The position numbers and the translations under genes are program-made. The notes under the pieces were generated by a model, which worked only from the letters and a program-made list of their open reading frames with translations, ran no database searches and was not told the DNA's origin. Shown here in pieces: positions 27,128 through 37,095 of a DNA stretch of 61,285 nt. The stretch is from Clostridium sp. CAG:465 (lineage in GTDB: Bacteria; Bacillota; Clostridia; TANB77; CAG-465), in NCBI GenBank assembly GCA_000433755.1, contig FR891269.1:1-61285 (forward strand). Reading direction: 5' to 3'. Numbering within the stretch: position 1 is the stretch's first letter; every line of letters begins with the position of its first letter.

Positions 27128-28429
27128 TTATTTTGCCTCCTTTTCTTTTTTTATACCAAATAAAAACTTCGATTTGCTTGCGATAGGTAGTAAATCTTTA
27201 AGTAAAAATTTTGTAAACACAACTGCAGTAAATAAACTAGCAAGAGTACCTATTACAAGAACAATTCCAAATCCTTTTATTGTTCCAACTCCAAATATGT
27301 ATAGTAATAATGCAACTAAAAATGTAGTAACATTTCCATCTATAATTGCTGCCATAGCACTTTTGAAACTTCTTTCAAAAGCTTTCTTTGGTCCAACGTT
27401 ATTTCTTAATTCTTCTTTTAATCTTTCAAAAATGATAACATTTGCATCAACTGCCATACCAATAGATAGTATAAGTCCTGCAATTCCTGGAAGTGTCATA
27501 CTTATTCCTGTATTTGCAAGTACAAGTATTATTATACTTATATATGCTACCAAAGAAATACTTGAAACTAAACCTGGAAGTCTGTATATAGTAATCATTA
27601 TTAAGCAAATAAGTATTAGAGCAACTATTCCAGCTTGAACACTTACATTTAAAGCTTGTTGACCTATATATGGTCCAATGTATTCCTTACTTACAACATC
27701 AAGAGAAAATGGAAGAGCTCCTGAAGAAATAAGCATTGCATATTCTTCTGCTTGAGATTTCTTTTCTGCATATGTTCCTTGTCCCATTGTAATTATTGCA
27801 GTATTAGATTCAATTTTACTGTTTACAATTGGAGCAGCTACTTCAGTTTCATCCAAATATATAGACATAGCTTGGCCAACTAATTTTTCAGTTGCTTCAG
27901 TAAATTTTTTAGATCCGCTATCACTAAATTCAAGTACAACATGTGGTGAAGGAAGTCCAGTACTATCTGTAGCATCTTCACTATATTTTGCATCTTTTAT
28001 ATCATCACCTTCTAGTAATATGTTTCCATCTGGATCTTTAAACATTATTTTAGCTGTTTTATCAAGGCCTTCTACAGCCTCTAATGGATCTTTTGATTGA
28101 TCATTAATATCAGCTGGGATATCTACACTTATTTGTGAAGATGAATTGTCAGTTCTTACAATATAATCAAAGATGTTTTTTGCCTCTAATCTTTTTGTAA
28201 TAACTGCTTTAGCTTTAGATAGATCATCATCAGATATTACAACTCCATCATCAGATTTAGCTTGATATACGATAGAAACTCCCCCGCTTATATCAAGTCC
28301 TGTAGTTATGTTTTTTGCACCCTTAATAATTTGTTTATCTCCTATTTTAAGTCCAAAAAGCGCAAGATAAGCAAGTACTAAAACAATAACAATACCAATT
28401 ATAATTTTTATATAATTTTCTTTTTTCAT
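27128..28429 (-). CDS. secD: Protein translocase subunit SecD
   Basis: The motifs GLDISGGVSIVYQA and AVDANVIIFERLKEE are present. I place the start at ATG 28429 (SD AGGGGTGA) rather than GTG 28438. Confidence 0.9.
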   Translation of the reverse strand: MKKENYIKIIIGIVIVLVLAYLALFGLKIGDKQIIKGAKNITTGLDISGGVSIVYQAKSDDGVVISDDDLSKAKAVITKRLEAKNIFDYIVRTDNSSSQISVDIPADINDQSKDPLEAVEGLDKTAKIMFKDPDGNILLEGDDIKDAKYSEDATDSTGLPSPHVVLEFSDSGSKKFTEATEKLVGQAMSIYLDETEVAAPIVNSKIESNTAIITMGQGTYAEKKSQAEEYAMLISSGALPFSLDVVSKEYIGPYIGQQALNVSVQAGIVALILICLIMITIYRLPGLVSSISLVAYISIIILVLANTGISMTLPGIAGLILSIGMAVDANVIIFERLKEELRNNVGPKKAFERSFKSAMAAIIDGNVTTFLVALLLYIFGVGTIKGFGIVLVIGTLASLFTAVVFTKFLLKDLLPIASKSKFLFGIKKEKEAK

Positions 28430-28538
28430 TAATGTCACCCCTATAACAGCTTAATTATACTATTTTTTACTTTCATAGTCAATTAAAATAATATAAAATT
28501 TGACAATTTTTGTGAAAAAAAATAGCATATTAAATATG

Positions 28539-29243
28539 CTATTTATTGATGTTTTTTAAACTTTCCTTAAAATTCTGTTCTGGATTCTCCATTTTATTAA
28601 CATTTGTATCAGTATTAGATATATTATTTTTATTGTTTAATCGTTCATTTACCATATTCTGACTTTGTTCACTATATTTATCATTGTTTATATTATTTGA
28701 AGAATGAATTAGCTTATCAATTACATTGTAATGAGATTTAGGATTTTTCACGCTATATATAACAAGTCCATTATTTCTATCATTATCAGCATTAGTATAT
28801 ATAACCATTATCCCATAATCAAGTATTCTATCCCATATAGTTCTTCTTATTTCAACTTCTTTTATATTTTTATATTCAATATTCTTTTTATGCTGATTTA
28901 AGAAATCATCTTCATAAGTCATCATTGTATCATAAAAAGTATATGTAACATGTTTATATTGCAAACTTTGAAATACAATAGTACCAACTAATCGTATTAT
29001 TGTAACTAAATCTGCTACAAAACATAAAATTAACAAAAACTTATCTATTTTAATATTTTTAAAAATATCATTATTAACTATACTCATAGAACCTGCCTTA
29101 AAAGCAACTAAAAATGTTAAAATTATAAAAACTAACAATGCAAATAGTGCAGTTCTAATTTTTTTTCCAGTAGGCATTCCGAGTTCATAAATTATATTAA
29201 ATTTAGGTGTAATCTGATATCTAACCTCTCTATTTTCATCCAT
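28539..29243 (-). CDS. Membrane protein with a bacterial PH (YdbS/YdbT-like) domain and an Asn-rich tail
   Basis: Two TM helices are followed by ..YTFYDTMMTYEDDFLNQHKKNIEYKNIKEVEIRRTIWDRILDYGIMVIYT.. Confidence 0.55.
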   Translation of the reverse strand: MDENREVRYQITPKFNIIYELGMPTGKKIRTALFALLVFIILTFLVAFKAGSMSIVNNDIFKNIKIDKFLLILCFVADLVTIIRLVGTIVFQSLQYKHVTYTFYDTMMTYEDDFLNQHKKNIEYKNIKEVEIRRTIWDRILDYGIMVIYTNADNDRNNGLVIYSVKNPKSHYNVIDKLIHSSNNINNDKYSEQSQNMVNERLNNKNNISNTDTNVNKMENPEQNFKESLKNINK

Positions 29244-29255
29244 AATTATCTATTC

Positions 29256-29966
29256 CTACTTTCTAATTATAGTTCCAATTTTCTCACCATTTAATGCCCT
29301 TATTAATGAATTTTCTTCATTCAAAGCAAAAACATAAATTGGAATTTTATTTTCCATACAAAGTGTAATTGCAGTTGTATCCATAACATTTAATCCTTCA
29401 GATATAGATTGCATATATGTTACTTCATCGTATTTAACTGCATCACTATATTTTTTAGGATCTTTGTTGTATACTCCATCAACATTTTTAGCAAGTAAAA
29501 TTAAATCTGCCTCTATTTCATTAGCTCTTAAAGCCGCACATGAATCTGTTGTAAAATACGGATTACCCGTACCACCTGCAAATATAACAATTCTACCTTT
29601 TTCAAGATGTCTTACAGCTCTTCTACGTATATATGGTTCCGCAATTTGTTTCATTTCAATTGAAGTCATTACCCTAGTTTGTGCACCTTTACTTTCAGTC
29701 ATTTCCTGCAATGCAAGTGCATTTAAAGTTGTTGCAAGCATTCCCATATAATCAGATGTTGTTCTTTCCATATATTCATCGCCATATCTACCTCTCCAGA
29801 AGTTTCCTCCTCCAATTACAAGTGCAACTTGAACTCCATTTTTAGATATTTCTATGATCTGTTCAACTACTTTTTCAAGTTTTTTATTATCAATACCTCT
29901 TCCATCTTCTTTTCCTATTGCTTCTCCACTTAGTTTTATTAATATTCTATTATATTTCTTTTCCAT
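29256..29966 (-). CDS. pyrH: UMP kinase
   Basis: The motifs [22 protein letters not shown] and [11 protein letters not shown] are present. Confidence 0.92.
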   Translation of the reverse strand: MEKKYNRILIKLSGEAIGKEDGRGIDNKKLEKVVEQIIEISKNGVQVALVIGGGNFWRGRYGDEYMERTTSDYMGMLATTLNALALQEMTESKGAQTRVMTSIEMKQIAEPYIRRRAVRHLEKGRIVIFAGGTGNPYFTTDSCAALRANEIEADLILLAKNVDGVYNKDPKKYSDAVKYDEVTYMQSISEGLNVMDTTAITLCMENKIPIYVFALNEENSLIRALNGEKIGTIIRK

Positions 29967-29979
29967 ACACTATTACCTC

Positions 29980-30123
29980 TTATTTTCTTTTTTTCTTTTT
30001 ATTCAAAGTCCCATTTTCTTTTTCTATCTTAGTTAATTCTTTTGTTATTTTATTCTTATTAAAAAAATACACAACATTAACTACAATTAAAAGACAAATG
30101 ATAATGCCAAGTATTATATACAT
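29980..30123 (-). CDS. Possible 47-aa single-pass membrane peptide between tsf and pyrH
   Basis: My translation is MYIILGIIICLLIVVNVVYFFNKNKITKELTKIEKENGTLNKKKKRK*. The SD (GGTGAT) is weak, and the ORF is below the track cut-off. Confidence 0.3.
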   Translation of the reverse strand: MYIILGIIICLLIVVNVVYFFNKNKITKELTKIEKENGTLNKKKKRK

Positions 30124-30228
30124 TATATCACCAACTCAATTATATAATATACACTATTTTTTTTCAACTATTTATTAAAAGAAATTTTAATAAGAAAAAA
30201 GAAGGAGTTTTGCCTCCTTCTATAAAAA

Positions 30229-30879
30229 TTAGTTTCCTTTTACTTGTTTCATTACTTCTTCAGCAAAGTCAACTTCTTCTTTTTCAATTCCTTCGCCTCT
30301 TTCAAATCTAGCAAATCTACGAATTACTATATTTTCACCTATTTTAGCAATAAGTTCTGTTAATAATTCTTGAACTGTTTTGTCAGGATCTTTTACAAAA
30401 GGTTGATCAAGTAAACAAATTTCAGAATAAAATTTATTTAATCTTCCTTCAACCATTCTTTCAACAACAGCTTCTGGTTTGCCTTCATTTAAAGCTTGTG
30501 CCTTTAAAGTTTCTTTTTCTTTTTCAACAACTTCAGCTGGAACTTCTTCACGTCTTACATATTTAGGTCCAGTTGCAGCAATGTGCATTGCTATATCTTT
30601 TACAAATTGTTTAAAATCTTCGTTATTAGATACGAAGTCTGTTTCTGAATTTACTTCAACTAATGCTCCATATTTTCCACCATGAACATAAGCTTCAACT
30701 AATCCTTCTGCAGCAACTCTTCCTGCTTTTTTAGCAGCTTTAGCAATTCCTCTTTCTCTTAAAAGTTCAATTGCCTTTTCAATGTTACCATCAGTTTCAA
30801 CTAATACTTTTTTACAATCCATAATTCCTGCATTAGTTCTATCTCTTAATTCTTTAACTTGTGTAGCAGTAACTGCCAT
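30229..30879 (-). CDS. tsf: Elongation factor Ts (short form)
   Basis: The N-terminus reads [26 protein letters not shown]... Confidence 0.92.
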   Translation of the reverse strand: MAVTATQVKELRDRTNAGIMDCKKVLVETDGNIEKAIELLRERGIAKAAKKAGRVAAEGLVEAYVHGGKYGALVEVNSETDFVSNNEDFKQFVKDIAMHIAATGPKYVRREEVPAEVVEKEKETLKAQALNEGKPEAVVERMVEGRLNKFYSEICLLDQPFVKDPDKTVQELLTELIAKIGENIVIRRFARFERGEGIEKEEVDFAEEVMKQVKGN

Positions 30880-30891
30880 AAAACATTCCCC

Positions 30892-31752
30892 CTACTTATT
30901 TTCTTCTGATTTTTCTTCTACTTTATTTTCTTTAGAAACTCTATCTTTTCTTTGATAGTTATTTCTTCTGTTATTTTGTCTTGGTTTTCTTTCTATTTTG
31001 TCAACGCCTTCTTTTTTAACTAATTCATCCATTGTTTCTACTTCTTCATCAACAGGAGCTTCTGTTAAATTTCCTTCTTTAGCTTCAACAACAGCATCAG
31101 CAATTTTTCCAGCTATTAAACTTACTGATCTTACTGCGTCATCATTTCCTGGTATAACATAATCAACGTCATCAGGATTACAGTTAGAATCTATAAGTCC
31201 AATTGTAGGTATTCCTAATTTTCTAGCTTCCTTTGTACAAATATATTCTTTTTTAGAATCAGCTAAGAAAATAAGTGATGGAAGTTTATCCATTTCTTTA
31301 ATACCACCTAAGTTTGTATTAAGTGTTTCCATTTCTTTCTTTAATCTTATAACTTCTTTTTTAGGTAGAACATCAAATGTTCCGTCAGCTTCCATTTTTT
31401 CAAGTTCAACAAGTCTTGCTATTCTCTTTTTAATAGTTGAGAAGTTTGTAAGTGTACCACCTAGCCATCTACTATTGATGTAGTACATTCCACATTTTTC
31501 AGCTTCTTGTTTAATAGTTTCTTGAATTTGTTTCTTTGTTCCTACAAATAGAACAAGTCCTCCCTTTGCTACAACCTTTTTAGTTAGGTTATATGCTTCT
31601 TGAGTTTTCTTTAAAGTTTTTTGCAAGTCTAATATGTATATTCCGTTTCTTGCAGTATAGATGTATGGAGCCATTCTAGGATCCCATCTTTTTGTTTGGT
31701 GTCCAAAGTGTACACCGGCTTCTAGTAATGATTTCATAGGTATAATTGCCAT
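30892..31752 (-). CDS. rpsB: 30S ribosomal protein S2 with a charged C-terminal extension
   Basis: It reads [23 protein letters not shown]... The start is at internal Met46 of the track ORF, with the SD AGGAGGAAT. Confidence 0.92.
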   Translation of the reverse strand: MAIIPMKSLLEAGVHFGHQTKRWDPRMAPYIYTARNGIYILDLQKTLKKTQEAYNLTKKVVAKGGLVLFVGTKKQIQETIKQEAEKCGMYYINSRWLGGTLTNFSTIKKRIARLVELEKMEADGTFDVLPKKEVIRLKKEMETLNTNLGGIKEMDKLPSLIFLADSKKEYICTKEARKLGIPTIGLIDSNCNPDDVDYVIPGNDDAVRSVSLIAGKIADAVVEAKEGNLTEAPVDEEVETMDELVKKEGVDKIERKPRQNNRRNNYQRKDRVSKENKVEEKSEENK

Positions 31753-31874
31753 TTTAAAATTCCTCCTTCTTTTATTCCTCCACAGATATCTATATCTTAC
31801 TAATCCATAATGGAAGAAGTGTAAGACTCCCTCTGTGTGTGTATTGCTTGTATACCAAGCTATATAATTATAAC

Positions 31875-31907
31875 ATAAAACCACCAACTAATCAATAGTT
31901 GGTGGTT
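31875..31907 (-). terminator. Intrinsic terminator after the 93-aa gene, upstream of rpsB
   Basis: A perfect 12-bp stem (AACCACCAACTA/TAGTTGGTGGTT) is followed by TTTT on the minus strand. Confidence 0.7.
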
Positions 31908-31912
31908 AATTT

Positions 31913-32194
31913 TTATACTAATTTTTCTCCAAAGTATAAATGGCGTGTGCCCCAAGAAACACTACGACCAAGTTCTTTTTCAAGCTCAGTTGTAAGCTTT
32001 TCTTTCAAACTGACATCGTGAATGTAACTTCCACATATTTTAATTGAATAACCAGTATTATGGCCAAACAAATTAACTTTAAATTCTTTTTTCTCACCAG
32101 AAGAATTAAATCCGCAGCGATTAATCACTTCCTGAGTTTTGAGTGCAATGTTGTAGTTTCTTAAATTTGTTGAGTTAAGTGATGGGTTGTTCAT
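31913..32194 (-). CDS. Hypothetical 93-aa protein; no family recognised
   Basis: The SD AGGAGG lies 7 nt upstream of the ATG. The gene has its own consensus promoter and terminator. By eye its G+C is higher than the flanks and similar to the ribosomal protein genes. Confidence 0.6.
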   Translation of the reverse strand: MNNPSLNSTNLRNYNIALKTQEVINRCGFNSSGEKKEFKVNLFGHNTGYSIKICGSYIHDVSLKEKLTTELEKELGRSVSWGTRHLYFGEKLV

Positions 32195-32290
32195 AATTGA
32201 ATCCTCCTAGAATATATATATCCCAAACATAGAAATGAAACAAATTCAACCTCAAGTTTGAGATTTTTTAAAAATAAATCTGACGCTAAT

Positions 32291-32319
32291 ATTATATTAC
32301 ATAATTATGCATTTGTCAA
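32291..32319 (-). promoter_or_regulatory. Perfect consensus sigma-A promoter of the 93-aa gene
   Basis: The minus strand reads TTGACA-17 nt-TATAAT. Confidence 0.6.
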
Positions 32320-32349
32320 TACATTTATATATACTTTTTTGCTTTAAAG

Positions 32350-32388
32350 TAAAAAAAGAGTATTAATTAAATATCTAATTAATACTCT
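32350..32388 (-). terminator. Intrinsic terminator of ftsH
   Basis: A perfect 13-bp stem (AGAGTATTAATTA/TAATTAATACTCT) is followed by a 7-nt T-run on the minus strand. Confidence 0.75.
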
Positions 32389-32399
32389 CCTAAATATTA

Positions 32400-34220
32400 T
32401 TATTGATTAAAAACAGCTTCAAATTCTTCTGCACTAATCTTTTCTTTTTCAATTAAAATCTCAGCGACTTTATGAAGTTTATCAATATTTTCTTTTAATA
32501 ATTTTTCAGCATATTTATATCCACCGTTTATAATATTTCCAACTTCTTCATCAATTTGAGCAGCAACTTTTTCACTATAATTTCTACCATTATTTCTTTC
32601 CATTCCAAGAAATACTTCTTCTTGTGTCTCACCAAATGTAATAGGTCCAAGTTTATCTGACATTCCATATTTAGTCACCATATCTCTTGCAATTTTACTT
32701 GCTCTTTCAATATCATTTGAAGCCCCTGTACTTATATCATTTAACACAAGCTTTTCAGCAACTCTTCCACCAAGTAATGATACAATATTTTCTTTCATTT
32801 CTGTCATAGACATGAAACTTTTATCTTCATTTGGTTTATACATTGTATAACCACCTGCCATACCTCTTGGTATAATTGAAATTTGATGTACTGTATCATG
32901 ATTTGGTAAAAATCTTGATACAACAGCATGACCTGCCTCATGGTATGCAGTAAGTCTTTTTTCTTTATCACTTATTATTTTACTCTTCTTTTCTGGCCCC
33001 ATCATAACTTTAACCATTGCTTCTTCAACGTCTTCCATTTCAACAATTTTTTTATTTTTACGTGTTGCAAGAATTGTTGCCTCATTTATCATATTTTCTA
33101 AATCTGCACCAGAAAATCCTGCTGTGTTTTTAGCAATAACTTTAAAATCTATATCAGAGGCAAATGGCTTTTTCTTTGCATGTAACTCAAGTATTTTTTC
33201 CCTTGCACCTATATCAGGTGAACCAACCACTATTTGTCTGTCAAATCTACCAGGTCTAAGTAAAGCTGGATCTAATATATCAACTCTATTTGTAGCAGCC
33301 ATAACAATAACACTCTGTCTATCTTCAAATCCGTCCATCTCAACTAGTAGTTGATTTAGTGTTTGCTCTCTTTCATCGTGGCCCCCACCGACGCCAGCTC
33401 CTCTATGTCTACCAACGGCATCTAATTCGTCAATAAATACAATACATGGAGCATGTGCTTTAGCTTCTGCAAAAAGATCTCTTACCCTTGATGCACCAAC
33501 ACCAACAAACATTTCAACAAAATCAGATCCACTTATAGAGAAAAACGGAACGTTTGCTTCTCCAGCAACTGCTTTTGCAAGTAATGTTTTACCTGTTCCT
33601 GGATGACCAACAAGTAACATACCTCTTGGAATTCTAGCTCCCATATCATGATATTTCTTTGGATTCTTTAAAAATTCAGTTACCTCTTGTAATTCTTCTT
33701 TTTCCTCATCTAAACCAGCTACATCTGCAAAAGTTACTTTTTTCTTAGAATTTTTATCAATCATTCTAGCTCTATTCTTTCCAAAACTCATAGCTTTGCT
33801 ATTGCTATCAGTTGTACGTCTTAACATGAAAATAAAGATAAATAAAGTACCTAATAAAAGTAATATGTTAGGAATCATAGGCCCTACAACTTCCCAAAAT
33901 GATGGTTCAAGAACTACTAATTCAAATTTTCCTTCATTTAATTTTTCACCTACGTCTTCCATAAAAGTAGTTGTAGAAGGTATATTCACAACCCTAACTG
34001 AGTTTTCCTCATTTTTAAGTTTAACGTTTGCAGTTAGCCTATCATTTGTTATTTCAACTTTTTCTACAGAGTCTTCGTTTATTTTTTGCATAAACTCACT
34101 ATATGACATCTCTTTAGTTACATTAGTATTAAGCATTGAAATCATAAATATAGTAACACCAATTAGTAATACGTATGTAAGTAATGTTCCAAGCATTCCA
34201 TTTTTCTTTTTTTTATCCAT
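32400..34220 (-). CDS. ftsH: ATP-dependent zinc metalloprotease FtsH
   Basis: Walker A is [11 protein letters not shown] is present, and the zinc site is HEAGHA. The ATG at 34220 has the SD GGGAG. The track start at 34241 is a TTG. Confidence 0.92.
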   Translation of the reverse strand: MDKKKKNGMLGTLLTYVLLIGVTIFMISMLNTNVTKEMSYSEFMQKINEDSVEKVEITNDRLTANVKLKNEENSVRVVNIPSTTTFMEDVGEKLNEGKFELVVLEPSFWEVVGPMIPNILLLLGTLFIFIFMLRRTTDSNSKAMSFGKNRARMIDKNSKKKVTFADVAGLDEEKEELQEVTEFLKNPKKYHDMGARIPRGMLLVGHPGTGKTLLAKAVAGEANVPFFSISGSDFVEMFVGVGASRVRDLFAEAKAHAPCIVFIDELDAVGRHRGAGVGGGHDEREQTLNQLLVEMDGFEDRQSVIVMAATNRVDILDPALLRPGRFDRQIVVGSPDIGAREKILELHAKKKPFASDIDFKVIAKNTAGFSGADLENMINEATILATRKNKKIVEMEDVEEAMVKVMMGPEKKSKIISDKEKRLTAYHEAGHAVVSRFLPNHDTVHQISIIPRGMAGGYTMYKPNEDKSFMSMTEMKENIVSLLGGRVAEKLVLNDISTGASNDIERASKIARDMVTKYGMSDKLGPITFGETQEEVFLGMERNNGRNYSEKVAAQIDEEVGNIINGGYKYAEKLLKENIDKLHKVAEILIEKEKISAEEFEAVFNQ

Positions 34221-34237
34221 TTTTTCTCCCTTCAAAA

Positions 34238-35266
34238 TCAATATATAATAACTATATCTTTTTGCTTAATCTCAATTGTAAATTTATTTCCTATTATATA
34301 TTTTTTACCTTTTATATTGCTTTTTAAAAGTTTATATATATCATTTACATGTACATTACTTATTTCATTTAAATTTCCAAGTTTTTTATTTATTATTTGT
34401 CTTATACACCTAAGTGATATTGCTTTATGAGAATTTAAAATAACTCTTGAATTAAATGTTATTTTTTCTTTTTCATTTTTTATTATACATTCATCTAATA
34501 TATTATTTGTATATTCTTCTAAAAAATTCTCTTCATTTGTTAAAACTTCACTCATCCTTATAATATTATTTGAAAAGTTACTGTTATATTCCTTTTCAAG
34601 TAAAGGTATAAGAATATTACGTATTTTATTTCTAAGATAAATATTTTCGTTATTTGTATAATCAAAACACGGATTTAAGTTTTGGAATATATTATACTCT
34701 AAAATATATTTTTTTTCAATAGTAAGCAACGGCCTAATTATTTCATTACTTAAAAAATCCATTCCTGTAAGACCCTTTAATGCACATCCACGTATTAAAT
34801 TTAAAAGTACAGTTTCAACATTATCATTTAAATTATGTGCAACTGCAATTTTAGTAGCATTAGTTTTATTTTTTACATCATTAAAGAACTTATATCTTAT
34901 TTCTCTTCCACAAGCCTCCACAGATATTTTTCTTTCCTTAGAAATTGCTTCAACATTTTCCTTTAAATAAAAAAATGGAATATTTAATTTTTCACATACA
35001 TTTTCTACATAAATCTTTTCATTTTCTGATTCAGGTCTTATGGAATGATTTACATGTGCAACAACAAGCTCATAATTTATATTATACTTTTTTTTAAATA
35101 AAGATTTCAAATCATTAAGAACTGTAAGTAAGCACATCGAATCTGGTCCACCAGAAACTGCAACAACGATTTTATCATTATTTTTAATAAGATTATTTTG
35201 AATAATATTATTAGAAACTTCCTTTTGAATTTTTTTACAAATATCTAATCTTTCATCTTTTATCAT
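34238..35266 (-). CDS. tilS: tRNA(Ile)-lysidine synthase (short form)
   Basis: The PP-loop is VAVSGGPDSMCLL. It shares a 4-nt overlap with dnaB. Confidence 0.85.
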   Translation of the reverse strand: MIKDERLDICKKIQKEVSNNIIQNNLIKNNDKIVVAVSGGPDSMCLLTVLNDLKSLFKKKYNINYELVVAHVNHSIRPESENEKIYVENVCEKLNIPFFYLKENVEAISKERKISVEACGREIRYKFFNDVKNKTNATKIAVAHNLNDNVETVLLNLIRGCALKGLTGMDFLSNEIIRPLLTIEKKYILEYNIFQNLNPCFDYTNNENIYLRNKIRNILIPLLEKEYNSNFSNNIIRMSEVLTNEENFLEEYTNNILDECIIKNEKEKITFNSRVILNSHKAISLRCIRQIINKKLGNLNEISNVHVNDIYKLLKSNIKGKKYIIGNKFTIEIKQKDIVIIY

Positions 35267-36606
35267 TCTTCTGGTCCCCTATATAAATTTGCAAACTTTG
35301 TATACTGACCAAGCCATGCAAGTTCTACAGTACCTGTAGAACCACTTCTATTTTTTGCAATAATTACTTCTGCAACATTTTTCTTATCAGTATCTGCGTT
35401 ATAATAATCCTCTCTATGTAAAAACATAACTATATCTGCATCCTGCTCTATTGCTCCAGATTCACGAAGATCACTTAGCATCGGTCTATGATCTGTTCTA
35501 GATTCTGTAGCACGACTAAGCTGTGAAAGTGCAATTACAGGTACTGAGAGTTCCTTTGCAAGTATCTTTAAAGATCTACTAATTTCTGATATTTCTTGTT
35601 GTCTAGATGAACTTTTATTTTTAGATTCCATAAGCTGTAAATAATCTATTATAACAAGTCCTATGTTCTTTTCAAGTTTAGCTTTTCTACACTTTGCACG
35701 AAGTTCAGCCGAACTTAAACCTGGTGTATCATCAATATATAAAGGCATTTCTGAAAGTTTTCCACTTGCTTCACCTAATTTTAACCATTCGTCGCTATTA
35801 AGATCAGCATTTTTTACTTTCATACTGTCAACTTCGCTTTCACTACACAAAATTCTGTTTACCATTTGTTCTTTTGACATTTCAAGACTAAATACCATTG
35901 TAGGAACTTTAAGATGCAAAGCAACAAAAGTAGCAATGTTTAAAACAAATGCTGACTTTCCCATTGCAGGACGTGCTGCGACTATTAATAGATCTGATTT
36001 ATTAAGTCCTGAAATTTTTGCATCCAAATCAACAAATCCAGTTTCTAAACCTGATATTTTATTTTTATTTTGAAACATCTCTTCAATTTGATCAAATGTC
36101 GTTACAAGTATTTCTTTTATGCTTGAATATCCTTTAGAGTTTCTACCTTGCATTATATCGAAAATATCTTTTTCAGCTTTTTCAACCAAAGCATCAACTT
36201 CTTCAGTTTGAGCATATCCCAACTGTAATATATTATTTGCTGCTTTTATAAGTTTACGAGAGATAGATTTTTCCTCAACAATTTTAACATAGCTTTCAAT
36301 ATTTGAAGTTGTTGGTACATTATCAATAAGAGTTGCAATATATTCAGTTCCTCCAACCTTTTCAATTGTTCCTCTTAAAGTTAATTGATCTTTTAAAGTT
36401 ATCATATCTATATGCTTACCAAGGGAATATAATTCAAACATAGCTGCATATATTTCTTTGTTATCTTCCCTATAAAAATCATCAGCTTTCAAAAGTTCAA
36501 CTGCAGAAATAACAGCATCTTTATCAACAAGCATAGAGCCAAGTACAGCTTGTTCTGCTATTATATCATTAGGTTGAACTCTATTTACTCCAATTTCATT
36601 TTCCAT
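35263..36606 (-). CDS. dnaB: Replicative DNA helicase
   Basis: The N-terminus reads PNDIIAEQAVLGSML. Walker A is ARPAMGKSAF, and the motif IIDYLQLM is present. Confidence 0.92.
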   Translation of the reverse strand: MENEIGVNRVQPNDIIAEQAVLGSMLVDKDAVISAVELLKADDFYREDNKEIYAAMFELYSLGKHIDMITLKDQLTLRGTIEKVGGTEYIATLIDNVPTTSNIESYVKIVEEKSISRKLIKAANNILQLGYAQTEEVDALVEKAEKDIFDIMQGRNSKGYSSIKEILVTTFDQIEEMFQNKNKISGLETGFVDLDAKISGLNKSDLLIVAARPAMGKSAFVLNIATFVALHLKVPTMVFSLEMSKEQMVNRILCSESEVDSMKVKNADLNSDEWLKLGEASGKLSEMPLYIDDTPGLSSAELRAKCRKAKLEKNIGLVIIDYLQLMESKNKSSSRQQEISEISRSLKILAKELSVPVIALSQLSRATESRTDHRPMLSDLRESGAIEQDADIVMFLHREDYYNADTDKKNVAEVIIAKNRSGSTGTVELAWLGQYTKFANLYRGPEE

Positions 36607-36614
36607 TTAAACAC

Positions 36615-37061
36615 CTACAATCCTACAACTGATATTTTTACCTTAGCAATAATTCCTTCATATAGTTTTACACTAGCTGTATATGAACCTAATTCCTTTA
36701 TTGGAATATCAATAGATACCTTCTTTTTATCGATTTTTACATTATAAACTTTATCTATTTCTTCAGCAATATCTTTTTCAGTTACACTTCCAAATAATTT
36801 TCCATTATTACCTATTTTATGTTTAAACTTAATATATCCCTTTTCTAACTTTTCTTTTAATTTATTTGCCTGTTCAATTTCCTTTTCTTTTCTAAAACTT
36901 GCAGCATCATTTTTGGTTTTTGCCTCATTTATAGATTTATTATCTGCTATATTTGCAAGTTTCCTTGGAAGTAAATAATTTCTAGCATACCCTTCACTTA
37001 CATCGACAATTTGAAGTTTTTTTCCAATACCTTTTACATCTTTATTTAAAACAACTTTCAC
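36615..37061 (-). CDS. rplI: 50S ribosomal protein L9
   Basis: It reads MKVVLNKDVKGIGKKLQIVDVSEGYARNYLLP. Confidence 0.9.
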   Translation of the reverse strand: MKVVLNKDVKGIGKKLQIVDVSEGYARNYLLPRKLANIADNKSINEAKTKNDAASFRKEKEIEQANKLKEKLEKGYIKFKHKIGNNGKLFGSVTEKDIAEEIDKVYNVKIDKKKVSIDIPIKELGSYTASVKLYEGIIAKVKISVVGL

Positions 37062-37095
37062 ATTATTACTTCCTTTCTTTTAAATCTGTACTATA

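Noticed and set aside
27078-27638. I considered the long antisense or alternative-frame ORFs in the track as possible genes. Examples are 27078..27638, 14893..15315, 23833..24351, 33796..34248, 35663..36073, 41651..42055, 43394..43873 and 51791..52045.
   Set aside because: All lie entirely inside confidently identified genes. Their translations are low-complexity and rich in Ser, Phe, Ile and Leu, which is typical of shadow frames in AT-rich DNA. They also lack SD sequences.
31875-32319. I considered whether the GC-elevated unit between ftsH and rpsB, bracketed by a promoter and a terminator, is a structured RNA such as RNase P or 6S rather than a protein gene.
   Set aside because: The conserved RNase P P4 motif (GGAAAGTCC-like) is not present. 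The unit has a strong AGGAGG SD correctly spaced before an uninterrupted 93-codon ORF. It is therefore treated as a protein-coding orphan.
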